A stretch of 64,000 bases of DNA from Leucoraja ocellata (taxonomy: Eukaryota): assembly GCA_036785375.1 (NCBI GenBank), contig JAWMAR010000088.1, forward strand, positions 3,472,001 to 3,536,000, given 5' to 3'. The notes below the pieces were generated by a model. That model was not told where the DNA came from. It saw only the letters and a program-made list of their open reading frames with translations, and did not search any database. Both the position numbers and the translations under genes were made by a program. Positions 12,901 to 24,734 of this stretch are shown one piece after another (positions within the stretch are counted from its first letter, which is position 1; every line of letters starts with the position of its first letter).

Positions 12901-13351
12901 GGAAAGTAGACAGCTGAAACCCAAATGTTCCTTTTAATGCACGTGCCAAATAAGGTTAGCCAATCTGTCACAAGATTCCGACTTGATTCCACCCATATGA
13001 TTCACATACGCCACTGCCGTGGTGTTGTCAATCTGAAGCTGAAGATGTAAGTGATGCTTGGTGGTACAATAAGCCTTAAGCCCATAAAATGCTCCCAATA
13101 GCTCTAAATAATTAATTCGATGTGATTGGAGAATAAATGCCTCATGCACATTCCATCTGCCTCACAGCTAGAGATGGTATCAGTAGCACCCCAACCTATG
13201 GGACTAACATCTATCTGTAAAACAACTAAAGGTGCTTCAATCAGAATTTTGCTGGAACAATTTGAAATGTTTCTTATCCACCACTCTACTTCAACAATGG
13301 CTCCAGCTGGTAATTGCATGGGTCTGTTGAAATGACCTGCATGTTATCCCC

Positions 13352-13429
13352 TTCCTATTTCTGTACTGTTTCGATAGCTGCCATGACCCGTTTGATGTCA
13401 TCCTTCGCCCTGCTTCTGCTCTTGGCCCG
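13352..13429 (-). pseudogene. BCL7A: BCL7A-like N-terminal coding fragment (decayed; continues into N gap)
   Basis: Translates [25 protein letters not shown] versus remembered vertebrate BCL7A [26 protein letters not shown]; 21/26 identical, 16 consecutive. Confidence 0.85.
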
Positions 13430-13599
13430 NNNNNNNNNNNNNNNNNNNNNNNNNNNNNNNNNNNNNNNNNNNNNNNNNNNNNNNNNNNNNNNNNNNNNNN
13501 NNNNNNNNNNNNNNNNNNNNNNNNNNNNNNNNNNNNNNNNNNNNNNNNNNNNNNNNNNNNNNNNNNNNNNNNNNNNNNNNNNNNNNNNNNNNNNNNNNN

Positions 13600-14095
13600 G
13601 GGGAAAAGCGCCGGCTCCAAGAGCGAGCGAACGCGTGGACAGAAGGACAACAGCAATGATCATAGAGCGGCATAGGTGACCAAAGATCTTTGTAGGTGAC
13701 ATTTTGGATCGAGACCCTTCGTCAGACTGAGTCAGGGGAAAGAGGAGCAAGATATATAGAAGGTACTAAGGACAAATGAATGGATGATATGCCTATACCT
13801 TCCGTTTCCCTTTCCCTTGACTGTTAGTCTGAAGAAGGGTCTCGACCCAAAATGTCCACCTATGCTGCTCTTTGATCGTTGTTTTCGTCCGTCTGTTCAC
13901 GCGTTCGCTCGCTCTTGGTGCTGGCGCTTCTTCCCTCAGACTGCGCCAAACAAACACACACGCACAGCGTATCGAAAAAGTCGACCAGAAATATCACCTA
14001 GTCCTCTCCAGAGATGCTGCCTGATCCGCTGATTTATTCCAGCCTTTTGTGTCTGCCTTCGGTTTAAACCAGCATCTGCAGTTCCTCCCTGTACA
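13600..14095. repeat. Compound foldback: Penelope-derived arms with degenerate hammerhead motifs plus an inverted GC-rich segment
   Basis: 13600-13680 is the reverse complement of about 13857-13935; 13696-13740 is the reverse complement of about 13812-13860 (ctgaagaagggtctcgaccc..); Penelope-type end at 13998-14095. Confidence 0.75.
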
Positions 14096-16323
14096 AGGTA
14101 TGTGCCATTTAAAAATAAAACAAAAAATTATTTAAAACATTTAAAAACACATAAACTGTTCCCCCGCAATGCTCATTACACTGAGCGTTGCGTCAGGTCG
14201 GGGTTACTGAGATGACGGAAGTTACGTTCCGGTGCATACTACTCGTCAGCCCATTGGATTTAGCAGGAGTGATCTATCTTGCTCACTATAGGATCTTTGA
14301 TCCAAACCACAATGCTGGGAGTGTGGGACTCATGGCCATACCTAAATTATCTTTCTTCCTGCTGCCACTCCCAGGACCTAATAGAATAGGGTTCACTTGT
14401 ATCCTGAAAAAACAGTGGAAAATGCATTCCTTGGAAACTGGAGGAAGGAAGGGTGACATCCTTACTCTTTTAATGCCTTTCCTCAATACTGCTGAAAGCC
14501 CTGGCTCCTGGAAGGCCTTAGCAAGTTTTAATGAAAAGCAGGACGTTTCTGCCTCCTTTAAAAATGATCTTTTCTCCTTTGGCAGCAATGGACTCATTAT
14601 TGTAGGTTGGGATCTTGTGAAAGTCCTGTCAGCAGACCCAACCAACCAAGCAAATCAGGTTATGGCCACAGCAAGGTCAGGCATGATTATTTCCTGTGAG
14701 AACCCAACACATTCACCTCCTTGTAAATCCTGCATAAATCCTCAAACATCCTAGCTTTCTCTATGAAAGTTGAAGGATATTACTCCCACATGAACATGAA
14801 ACAACATGTTTGAAATCAACCAAAGCACAAAATCACATAATTTGATACATTTGGAATTATTTGAAAGTATCTTAGATGTTTGAAACATTCCTTCCTATTA
14901 GTTTCTCTAATGTAAAATGATTACCAGAGCATTGTGTACAAATCACATGATATTTAAAACTAAACCACTCAATCATTTGTTTTGGTTCATATTGCTTTCT
15001 AAACCTCACTAATACGTTACTTCCTAAGAACACTCAAACCAAACATAATGCACATCTGGTTTAAAGAAAAAATGAGTCAATCAAAGAAAAAAAAGAGCAA
15101 ATGTTTATTGAAGAGAATCAGTGATTAATTTTACAATTAGGATTCCTCAGTAGGAGTTGAACATAGATAATCATAAAATCTTTCTCGGATATGAATAAGG
15201 CCACATGATGGCAGCAGACAAATTTACAAGGCACTTTGTATTTCTTACTGATCTATTGGAGTTCAGAATAGAGGAGAATGTAGGCAATAAGTTTCTGCAT
15301 TGGAGAATAATATTCCACGTTGCTAATACTTCAAGTAATCATACTGCTGAAATTCACAGGTCATCTCCCAATTTCTCAGCAGAAATGCAGGAAATCTGCC
15401 ATAAATATATAAATGATTCGAGCCCACCATTTTCCACAGTGGATGCCAGAGAACACAGGCAATGGTAGGAAATCCATGAAGTTTCCGCACTGCACGCTGG
15501 CTGAGCGAGGTTGAGGTTAGGTATATCAAAGTATTCACAGATACCTCTGTAATTAGATTCTGGGAAACTCGTGAATCTCAAGGCTGCTGTTTTTCATTAA
15601 TTCTTTCAATGAAGTACATCTTCTCTGCTTTAAGAGACATACCTAAGATTATTAATGCACAACCACAGTGGCAAACCTGCATGATCACTCTAATGTACAG
15701 AAGCCCAAATCTATCTTCTATAATGGAACAATTGTTTTGATTTTGAAATCTGCCATTTGGAGACAACAAGGAAAATTATGTGCCTTGGAAATTACAGAAG
15801 CCTGACTCTAATCCACGTTGCTAGATAAATTCCCGACCACTCTTTTTAAGATCACATGACATCAGTGGCAATTTTTAAAAGAAAACCTTTCTTCTCGTTA
15901 CTGTACTATTGTTATTTTGCTTTCCTTAAAACAGAAACATTGCAGATGTAGGCCTTGCAGTGTTGATCAGCAGAACTGATGGCATTCACCAGAGAATTTA
16001 TAATAATAATAATAATATAACAAGCAATTATCTTGACAGGACCTGGCAGAGTAATTTAAAAAAAAACACAGAAAATCCTTGTGCTTCAACATTGCCAAAT
16101 CTTTTCTCTTAGTCCAGGATGAAATAGAAATATGATGGAAGGAAATATTGCACAAATTATGTCCACTGGCCGAATTATGATGCTTCTATACAAAAAACAA
16201 TCCATAATCTGCAGGCTGGTTTCAACAATTTAAGATTAGATTAAAAATCAGCAGCAATGACTTTGTCACGATTACACTCACTTCAAATCATAGGGGTATC
16301 TCTTCAGATATATGAATGGATTC

Positions 16324-16369
<46 letters not shown>

Positions 16370-16483
16370 TAATAATATTTTTTATTGTCATTGCACACAG
16401 GTGCAACGAGATTTGGACTGCAGCTTCCATTCGATGCCATAACTTAAACAACTAAAATTTAGATACCCAGAGAAACATGATTT

Positions 16484-18622
16484 TAAACCCACTGTGAGGA
16501 CAGTTAAAGTCTGGTCAGAGGAAGCGAACTCCACACTTCAGCAGTGTTTTGGAAACACTGACTGGAAGGCGTTTGCAGCCCAGACCACCCTTGANNNNNN
16601 NNNNNNNNNNNNNNNNNNNNNNNNNNNNNNNNNNNNNNNNNNNNNNNNNNNNNNNNNNNNNNNNNNNNNNNNNNNNNNNNNNNNNNNNNNNNNNNNNNNN
16701 NNNNNNNNNNNNNNNNNNNNNNNNNNNNNNNNNNNNNNNNNNNNNNNNNNNNNNNNNNNNNNNNNNNNNNNNNNNNNNNNNNNNNNNNNNNNNNCATCAA
16801 GAAGGCCAAGCACTGCCATAAGCTCAGGATTGAGGAGCACTTCAACAGCAACTCCGACCCCCGACGCATGTGGCAAGGCATCCAGGCCATCACGGACTAT
16901 AGACCCACCAACACCACCCCCACATCCAGCGATGCCTCCTTCCTTGAGGAGCTTAACCACTTCTATGGCCGCTTCAACAGGGACAATCTAGAGACAGCCA
17001 TCAAGGCTGTGCTCCCTGCTGATCACCAACCCCTCACACTCACCCCCTACGATGTGTACGTGGCACTGAGTATGACTAATACACGTAAGGCTGCTGGCCC
17101 TGACGGCATCCCCGGGCGCGTCCTCAGGGCCTGTGCTGCGCAACTGACAGACGTCTGGACTGACATCTTCAACCTGTCACTTGCCCAAGCAGTTGTCCCC
17201 ACGTGCCTTAAAACCACCTCCATCGTGCCGGTGCCAAAACACTCCACTGCGGCAAGCCTCAACGACTTCCACCCAGTTGCACTTACCCCCATCATCACCA
17301 AGTGCTTCGAGAGGCTGGTCCTGGCACACCTCAAAGGCTGCCTACCTCCCACATTGGATCCCTATCAGTTTGCCTACCGCAAGAACAGGAGTACGGAGGA
17401 TGCCATCTCAACGGCACTTCACTTCGCCCTTTCCCACCTTGACAACTGAGACACTTACGTAAAAATGCTGTTCATCGATTACAGCTCAGCATTCAACACC
17501 ATTATACCCTCTAAACTGATCACCAAACTCGGTGACCTGGGCATCGACCCCTCCCTCTGCAACTGGATACTGGACTTTCTAACCAACCCTCAGTCTGTTA
17601 GGTTAGACAAGCACACCTCTTCAACCCTCACCCTGAACACCGGCGTTCCTCAGGGCTGTGTGCTGAGCCCCCTCCTCTACTCCCTCTTCACCTACGACTG
17701 CACACCTGTACATGGTACTAACACCTTCATCAAGTATGCAGATGATACAACGGTGATTGGCCTCATCAGCAACAACGATAAGTCGGCCTATAGGGAGGAG
17801 GTCCAGCTCCTAGCAGCATGGTGCGCTGACAACAACCTGGCCCTTAACTCCAAGAAGACCAAGGAGCTCATTGTAGACTTCAGGAAGTCTAGGGGCGGCC
17901 CGCACACCCCCATCCACATCAACGGGACGGAGGTGGAACGTGTTGCCAGCTTCAGGTTCCTGGGGGTCAACATCTCCGATGACCTCTCTTGGACCCACAA
18001 TACCTCAACTCTGGTCAAGAAGGCTCACCAGCGTCTCTTCTTCCTGAGGAGACTGAAGAAGGTCCATCTGTCTCCTCAGATTCTGGTGAACTTCTACCGC
18101 TGCACCATCGAGAGCATCCTTACCAACTGTATCACAGTATGGTTTGGCAACTGCTCTATCTCCGATCGGAAAGCACTGCAGAGGGTGGTGAAAATTGCCC
18201 AATGCATCACCGGTTCCTCGCTCCCCTCCATTGAGTCTGTCCAAAGCAAGCGTTGTCTGCGAAGGGCGCTCAGCATCGCCAAGGACTGCTCTCACCCCAA
18301 CCATGGACTGTTTACCCTCCTACCATCCGGGAGGCACTACAGGTCTCTCCGTTGCCGGACCAGGAACAGCTTCTTCCCTGCGGCTGTCACACTACTCAAC
18401 AATGGACCTCGGTGACTGCCAATCACCCCCCCCCCCCCCCCCCCCCCCCGCCCCGGACCCTCCTCCCACAGGAGAAACACTATGACTGTATGCATGTAAA
18501 TGGATTTATTTATTGAAATCATATTCTATGTCGCTCTTCCAGGGAGATGCTAACTACATTTCGTTGTCTCTGTACTGTACACTGACAATGACAATTAAAG
18601 TTGAATCTGAATCTGAATCTGA
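16484..18622 (+). mobile_element. Young Rex1/Babar LINE (RT region and 3' UTR), contains N gap
   Basis: ORFs 16868-17449 and 17465-18415 separated by one TGA; (TCTGAA)n tail; 7-bp target-site duplication ATGATTT at 16477-16483 and 18623-18629. Confidence 0.92.
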
Positions 18623-18900
18623 ATGATTTATAAAAAAGTACAGTAAAACAGTAAAACAGTCTAAAGTGCAAATAGGTCTGTGCCGGGTCGATGTGCAACG
18701 TGACCATCCGAGGGAGACAGTTTATGGGGGTTGGGGCACTCAGGAGGGCCGGTTGAGAGCAGCTATAGCTCTGGGGGTGAAGCTGTTCCTGAGTCTGGAG
18801 GTGCAGGCGTAGAAGGCCTTGTAACGTGTGCCGGAAGGTAGAAGTTCGAACAGACTATTGCAAGGGCGTGAGGAGTCATTGTGAACGCTGACGGCCTTCC

Positions 18901-20587
18901 TTTTTTTTTTTTTGTTTTTTTGTTTTTGTTTATTTTATTAGAAGTTAATACAGCACAAAACAGTACAGTGGAACCTAATTTTAGGTGCCAACTATGTAAT
19001 ACCGTAGTCCATTCTATGTACAACCTCTAGTTTTATGTTATGAGAAGGAAGTAAACAAGACAAGAAAAAGAAAACAATAGAAAGAGGAAAAAGTGGAAAA
19101 ATAGATGGTAGAGAGTAGAAAAACGTGAAGTGTGTATATAAAAAATAAAAAAGGAAGAGAGAAAGTGGAAAGTAGAAATAGAAGAGAAGGCCCCTTAAAA
19201 GATAATTTTTCAAATCTGTATTCGGAGATGTAGATCTATCCGCGTCATGAACTGAAATCAGCAATCTTTACGGTACCAAAAAGTCGATGAAAGGAGACCA
19301 ACTCCTTAAGAATTGGTCATATTTATCTATTAGTCGGAGTCTCATTTCTTCGAGGCGTGCTATGTCCATCATATTCCTAATCCACATTTTAACAGTTGGT
19401 ATGGTTGTATTTTTCCAAAATTTAAGTATCCATTTCTTTCCAATTATTAACCCATAATTAAAAAAAACATTTTGATCTTTATTTAAATTGGTATCTTCTC
19501 CTATTATTCCAAATATAATCCATTCCGTTTTGGGTTCTATTCTTGACTTGAAAAGCTTTGTAAATATATCACTCCAAAATTTATTCAACTTTGTACATCC
19601 TACAAATGAATGTGTTATATTAGTGTTTTGAAACAAACATTTATCGCATCTGGGAGAGACGTTTGGATAAAATTTATTCAACCTCGTTTTTGAACAATAT
19701 AGTCTATGTAATAATTTGAATTGAATTAAATTATGTCTTGCATTAATAGAACAGTTATGTGTATTCATCAAATACTTTTCCCATCTATCCTTCGAGATCT
19801 TTATCATTAGCTCATGTTCCCAATCTTCCCTTAATGCTTCTGTTGAGGGTGATTCTCTATTTAATATATTATTATAAAAGTATGATATTAATTTTTGTGA
19901 ATCAGCCTTAATATTCATTGCTTCTTCTAAAGGATCTAAAAATATAGTTTGAAATCTATGTATATTTCTTCATAAAGTCACATACCTGTATATATTTAAA
20001 ATATTGATTATCCTTCAATTTAAATTTTAATTTTAATTAGTGAAATGATAACAGTTTGCCCACTTCATACATATCCCCTAATTTCCTAATCACCAGTCTA
20101 TCCCACTGTTGATATGTGTTGTCGATGAGAGAAGGTTTGAATGCGGGGTTGTTCAATAGTGGGGTTAGTACTGATAAATTATTTAATTTCAAGGATACTT
20201 TTATTTGTTTCCAAATTTTTATTATATTGTGAATAATTGGGTTCTTCTTATATATTATACTATTCAATTTTATCGGTGAGAGCAGGATCGTTCCTATATC
20301 GTGCGGATAGCACTCCTCTTTCTCCATTCTTATCCACTCCAACTGCTGAGTGGAACTATCCAGCCAGTACATTATGTTCTTAATATGCACTGCCCAGTAG
20401 TAATACATAAAGTTAGGTAATGATAAACCCCCAACTTCTTTAGATTTGCACAAATGCTTTCGTTGAATTCTATGTGTTCTGTGGTCCCATATAAAATTAG
20501 TGATAGTGGAATCTAGTTTTTTGAAAAAATATTTTGGAATATATATTGGGATCGTTTGAAACAAATATATTAATTGTGGTAAGAAAG
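18901..20587 (-). mobile_element. 5'-truncated L1-clade LINE (ORF2 C-terminus, 3' UTR, poly-A)
   Basis: LPQLIYLFQTIP..NFIW..KEVGGLSLPNFMYYYWA; C-terminal CDKC..HSFVGC..FW zinc knuckle; AATAAA plus poly-A; very AT-rich. Confidence 0.9.
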
Positions 20588-21461
20588 TGAGGCACCGTGT
20601 ATAGTAAATGCCCTCTAAGGCTGGTAGCTGTGTCCCAATTATCTTCTGCGCTTTGTGGATGACGCGCTGAAGAGCTCCCCTCTCCGCCTCCGCACAGCTG
20701 AGATACCACACAGAGATGCTATATGTTAGTATGCTCTCTGTGGTGCAGCGGTAGAAGGTTATCAGCAGCTGTTGGGGCAGACCAGTCTTTTTCCGTGTTC
20801 TCAGGAAGAACAGTTATTGCTGTGCCTTCTTGATCAGCGCAGCGGTGTTGGTGGACCATGTGAGGTCCTCTGAAATGAGTGTGCCCAGAAACCTAAAGCT
20901 GGACACTCTCTCCACACTTTCCCCGTTGATAGATATTGGAGCGTATTCCCCATTATGTGACCTCCTGAAGTCGATAATCAGCTCCTTGGTCTTAGAGGTG
21001 TTTAGGGACAAGTTGTTACCTGAGCACCAGGCCGCCAGGTTCTGCACCTCCACTCTGTAGTTTGTTTCATCACGTTGGTGATCAGCCCGATCACCGTTGT
21101 GTCATCTGCAAACTTGACAATGGTGTTGGTGTCGAATGCAGGAACACAGTCATGTGTGAAGAGGGAGTAGAGCATGGGGCTTAGTACACAGCCCTGTGAT
21201 GTGTCGGTGCTCAGGGTGATAGTGGAGGACAGGTGCGAGCCCAGTCTCACTGCTTGCGGTCACTCCGTCAGAAAATTCAGGATCCAGTCGCATATCGGCG
21301 AGCTGAGGCCTAGCTGGTGGAGTTTGGTGGTGAGCTTGGTGGGGATGCCATGTTGAAGGCAGAACTGTAGTCTCTGAAGAGCATCCACACGTAAATGAGG
21401 ATAATGATGAAAGCGTGTCACATTTTGAATATTTATTTGTGATTTTTCTCCACTACCACAG

Positions 21462-21640
21462 TACTTCAGCCAAGGCGCAGAAATTGGCTCATTTTGGAGA
21501 AGGCTCTGGTCCAATATTACTGGATGATGTGCAGTGTACAGGAAATGAACTTTCTATAGACCAATGTCCCAAGAGTTTGTGGGGAGAGCATAACTGTGGG
21601 CACAAGGAAGATGCAGGTGTATCCTGCAATCCTCTCAGTG
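21462..21640 (+). CDS. PRSS12: Neurotrypsin exon, SRCR2 second half (179 nt)
   Basis: cacag|...|gtaagt; [59 protein letters not shown]. Confidence 0.96.
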
Positions 21641-22138
21641 GTAAGTATTACACCAAATTAATGGAATTATAGGTACTTTTATATGAACAAAGGATGGGTA
21701 AATATTAAATAGTGATTTACACCTTCCCTTTTGTGTGCATAATGTTACACACCTTGTAATTCATCTTTACACTGAAAAGAACAAACTGAATAACCCATGG
21801 CATGGTAATAGTAGGAGGAAAAGTTGTGGCCTGACATCTTTATTTGATTCCAAAGATGTTTTGCATACCAAGTTTAGTTCCATTTTTCATATTTGAGAGC
21901 AGTGATTAAATTGTGATAAATTGGCAGAAAATTCTGAAAGGAACCATCCCGAAGCAGCATTTGGGATGAGGTAATATGCGAGTGCATTCCAATTCCCTGT
22001 ACAGGCACTCAGTCAATGTATTGGTAGCTCAGTATTAAAAATGATGCATTACCACTTGTCCTTGACTACTAGTACATTCTATACCATAAATCCTTTAGTT
22101 TCTACAATAACATTATGCTTTGCCGCATTTGTTGTTAA

Positions 22139-22348
<210 letters not shown>

Positions 22349-22884
22349 TGACAATCAAATCAAAAAATCCAAAAGGCTGGGAGTTAGATGTATAATTAAA
22401 ACCGCACAGAGGATGGTGACTTCATTTCTTTTTTTAATTAATTCAGTGTGAAATTGGCATTTGCTTTACTGCATAGAATAATAATCAAAGGTTTCATGTG
22501 GGGAATCACTCAACAGGAATGCTTGATTTGAGAGAATCGTGAATATTAAAGCAAGTTAATAGATAAAGTTGCTCAGTTAATTGTAATTGGTACAGTTATT
22601 TTTAACTGTGGTTAGCAGGTGATGCAGGCATCATTTTTTATGGTGCATAAATTATGTATTAAGGATCACAAAACCATACAACAAGAAAAGTTGAATTAAT
22701 AAAAGGCATATGTTGAAGTGTACATGATTAGGTTGCATACAATTGAGGGTAATCTATTATCGTAGATTGTAGATTTGTTAACAGAGAAAACATTTTCGAA
22801 TTGAAAATCATAAAAAATGAGATGCATGAAATCTGAATTAAAAATAAAAATGATGCAAACACTCAGCAGATCAGAGAATATTTA

Positions 22885-23065
22885 TTGAGCACTGAAACAG
22901 GGCCCTTCTACCCAACTTGCCAATGCCGGCCAAAATGTCCCATCAACACTAGTCCCACCTGCCCTCTAAACCTTTCCTATCCATGTACCTGTCCAGTGTC
23001 TTTTAAATGTTGTTATAGCACCTGCTTCAACTGGCAGCATTTTCCATATACCCACCACCCTCAAT
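22885..23065 (-). mobile_element. CR1 3'-end fragment
   Basis: VEAGAITTFKRH remnant and 3' UTR shared with other CR1 copies. Confidence 0.7.
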
Positions 23066-24224
23066 GCATTGATCCCAGGTTTACTGATTGTAAAGGAGCT
23101 TAGTGTTAAAGGAACCTTTGAGAAGAATAGAAAGTATTCCAAGGAACTGATTAGATGCGAAGGCAGTAAAGACGATATAATGTGTGATATAAAAACTATT
23201 TTATTTTGATCCGAAGAATGAAAAAATAGTTTTTTTTTAAAGATGTGGAAGTGGTAGAATTTGGTTTGCAGAACTATTTGGGTAATTAAAAGACAAATCA
23301 TAGAAAGTTAACATCCTGACAGTAAGCAAACAACATTTCAGCTTTTATTCGGGGAGAAGAGGAATATAAGAATAGATCTTGCTAAATTTATGATGATATC
23401 ACATCAGATACACTGTTTTTAGGTTTAGCTTCTTTATCTTCAACTTGCCCTGGATGGTTATAACAAAAATCACAAGACAGATTTATGTAAGAAGTTTGCT
23501 CCATCAGAAACAATGAATAGAAAGGGACTATGTTCTCTGTTTTAGATTAATGCAAGATTATCTAATTGAAATGCATACAACAGGTAGATTCTGAGAGATT
23601 GTTCCCTGGCTGAGAATTGAAGTCGTAGTTTCCACCCTTCTTCATTCTTGATTGTTAATCTGCCGAAATGTGACAGGCCAACAGTTCCAAGGATGCCATC
23701 CATCCTCTGTGTTTATTAATGATATGGAACCAACAGTATTCACCAATAATTTATCGATTGCGAATGCTAGCAGAATAAGACTGACTGTCGCATATGCAAG
23801 AGGAGTCCATGGGAAATTCTGTTCTAACATAAAAAAACAAAAAACAATTTTTACATTCCTATGACATCTCCATTGCACTGAGACCATTTGTAGCATGCTG
23901 GGTGAGGCCATGTAACTCAATGCAAACCAGGATTAAAAAAACAAATTCTATACTGCTCAATTATGTTCTGAGTTAATCATCTGATACCGTCACCATTTTA
24001 CTGACATAGAAAAATCTGTTTATCTAATTTATATTCTGGCTTGATTCTATCACTCAAAAGTCTCACTTAACTAGACCAGTGTATTCTTGGAATTCCAAGA
24101 TAAGCTTCAAATCGATGTGGTTTCCTAATGTTCAAGCATTTGGAAAATGGCACAAAAGTCTTCAAATTCTTGATTCTCAGCAGGACTTCATTGATGTAAT
24201 TATGTTTTTCCTACTCTGCCACAG

Positions 24225-24427
24225 ATATACACAGACACCACTGGCAGGACAATTCGAAGGAGGTTCTGGACCAATTTACTTGGATGATGTCCATTGCTCA
24301 GGTCAGGAGGCATCGCTGGTTTTGTGCCCCAGAAGCGACTGGGGTCGACATGACTGCAGTCACCAGGAGGATGTAACTGTCATCTGTACACTCAATGCTG
24401 ACAATGATATCCAGGAAATCCCTTTTG
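24225..24427 (+). CDS. PRSS12: Neurotrypsin exon, SRCR3 second half (203 nt)
   Basis: cacag|...|gtgagc; YTQTPLAGQFEGGSGPIYLDDVHCSGQEASLVLCPRSDWGRHDCSHQEDVTVICTLNADNDIQEIPF. Confidence 0.95.
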
Positions 24428-24734
24428 GTGAGCATTGCTTAGCAGAGTCTCAGCACAGTATAGGGTTGTACTAGTAACAACATGATTTTTACTGAATCAA
24501 AACTGCCGAGACCGAAACACGTTTTTGTTCATTTCTTGCAACCCCATGCTGGGTTTTTTTTCATTTTAATTGTTTGTTCATGTCTTAATAATGGATAGAA
24601 AACTATTTTTGGACTAAAATGCCAAGAAATGTAATCACAAGGATTGTATATCTTTAGGCTAAAGGTTACATCTCTTCCTATTTCCATGGCCTATTAGCCC
24701 CACTAATGCAGCATATTTTTTTACACAGACCCTA

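Larger units (their letters stand above)
9705..13351 (-). mobile_element. DIRS1-like tyrosine-recombinase retrotransposon, 5'-truncated and decayed (RT end/RNase H - MT - YR - ICR/ITR)
   Basis: RNase H (INYLELLGAFYGLKAY..LQIDNTTAVAYVNHMGG), MT (DLFA..DAF..YAFPPF..VVPDWP), YR ([23 protein letters not shown]; FKSHSTRAASTS..AAGWS) and terminal inverted repeats. Confidence 0.92.
16324..21347 (-). mobile_element. Rex1/Babar LINE split into three pieces (16324-16483, 18623-18900, 20588-21347)
   Basis: SQGCVLSPMLYSLFTHDC, KFADDTT and FRFLG in the 5' piece; RCL|RKA rejoins across the L1; (AAT)n tail at 16324-16376. Confidence 0.85.

Noticed and set aside
13352-13429. Functional nested BCL7A gene
   Set aside because: In-frame TAG at the conserved Trp, substitutions at conserved residues, no splice donor and no downstream BCL7 exons seen
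14188-14754. 188-aa ORF and overlapping 119-aa antisense ORF
   Set aside because: No recognisable domain, the + ORF starts at a non-ATG codon and it is not an SRCR exon; treated as chance, though a BLASTX would be cheap
1291-21461. Upstream PRSS12 exons (kringle, SRCR1, SRCR2 first half)
   Set aside because: No WGTVCDD-type or kringle exon found by eye; probably upstream of the window
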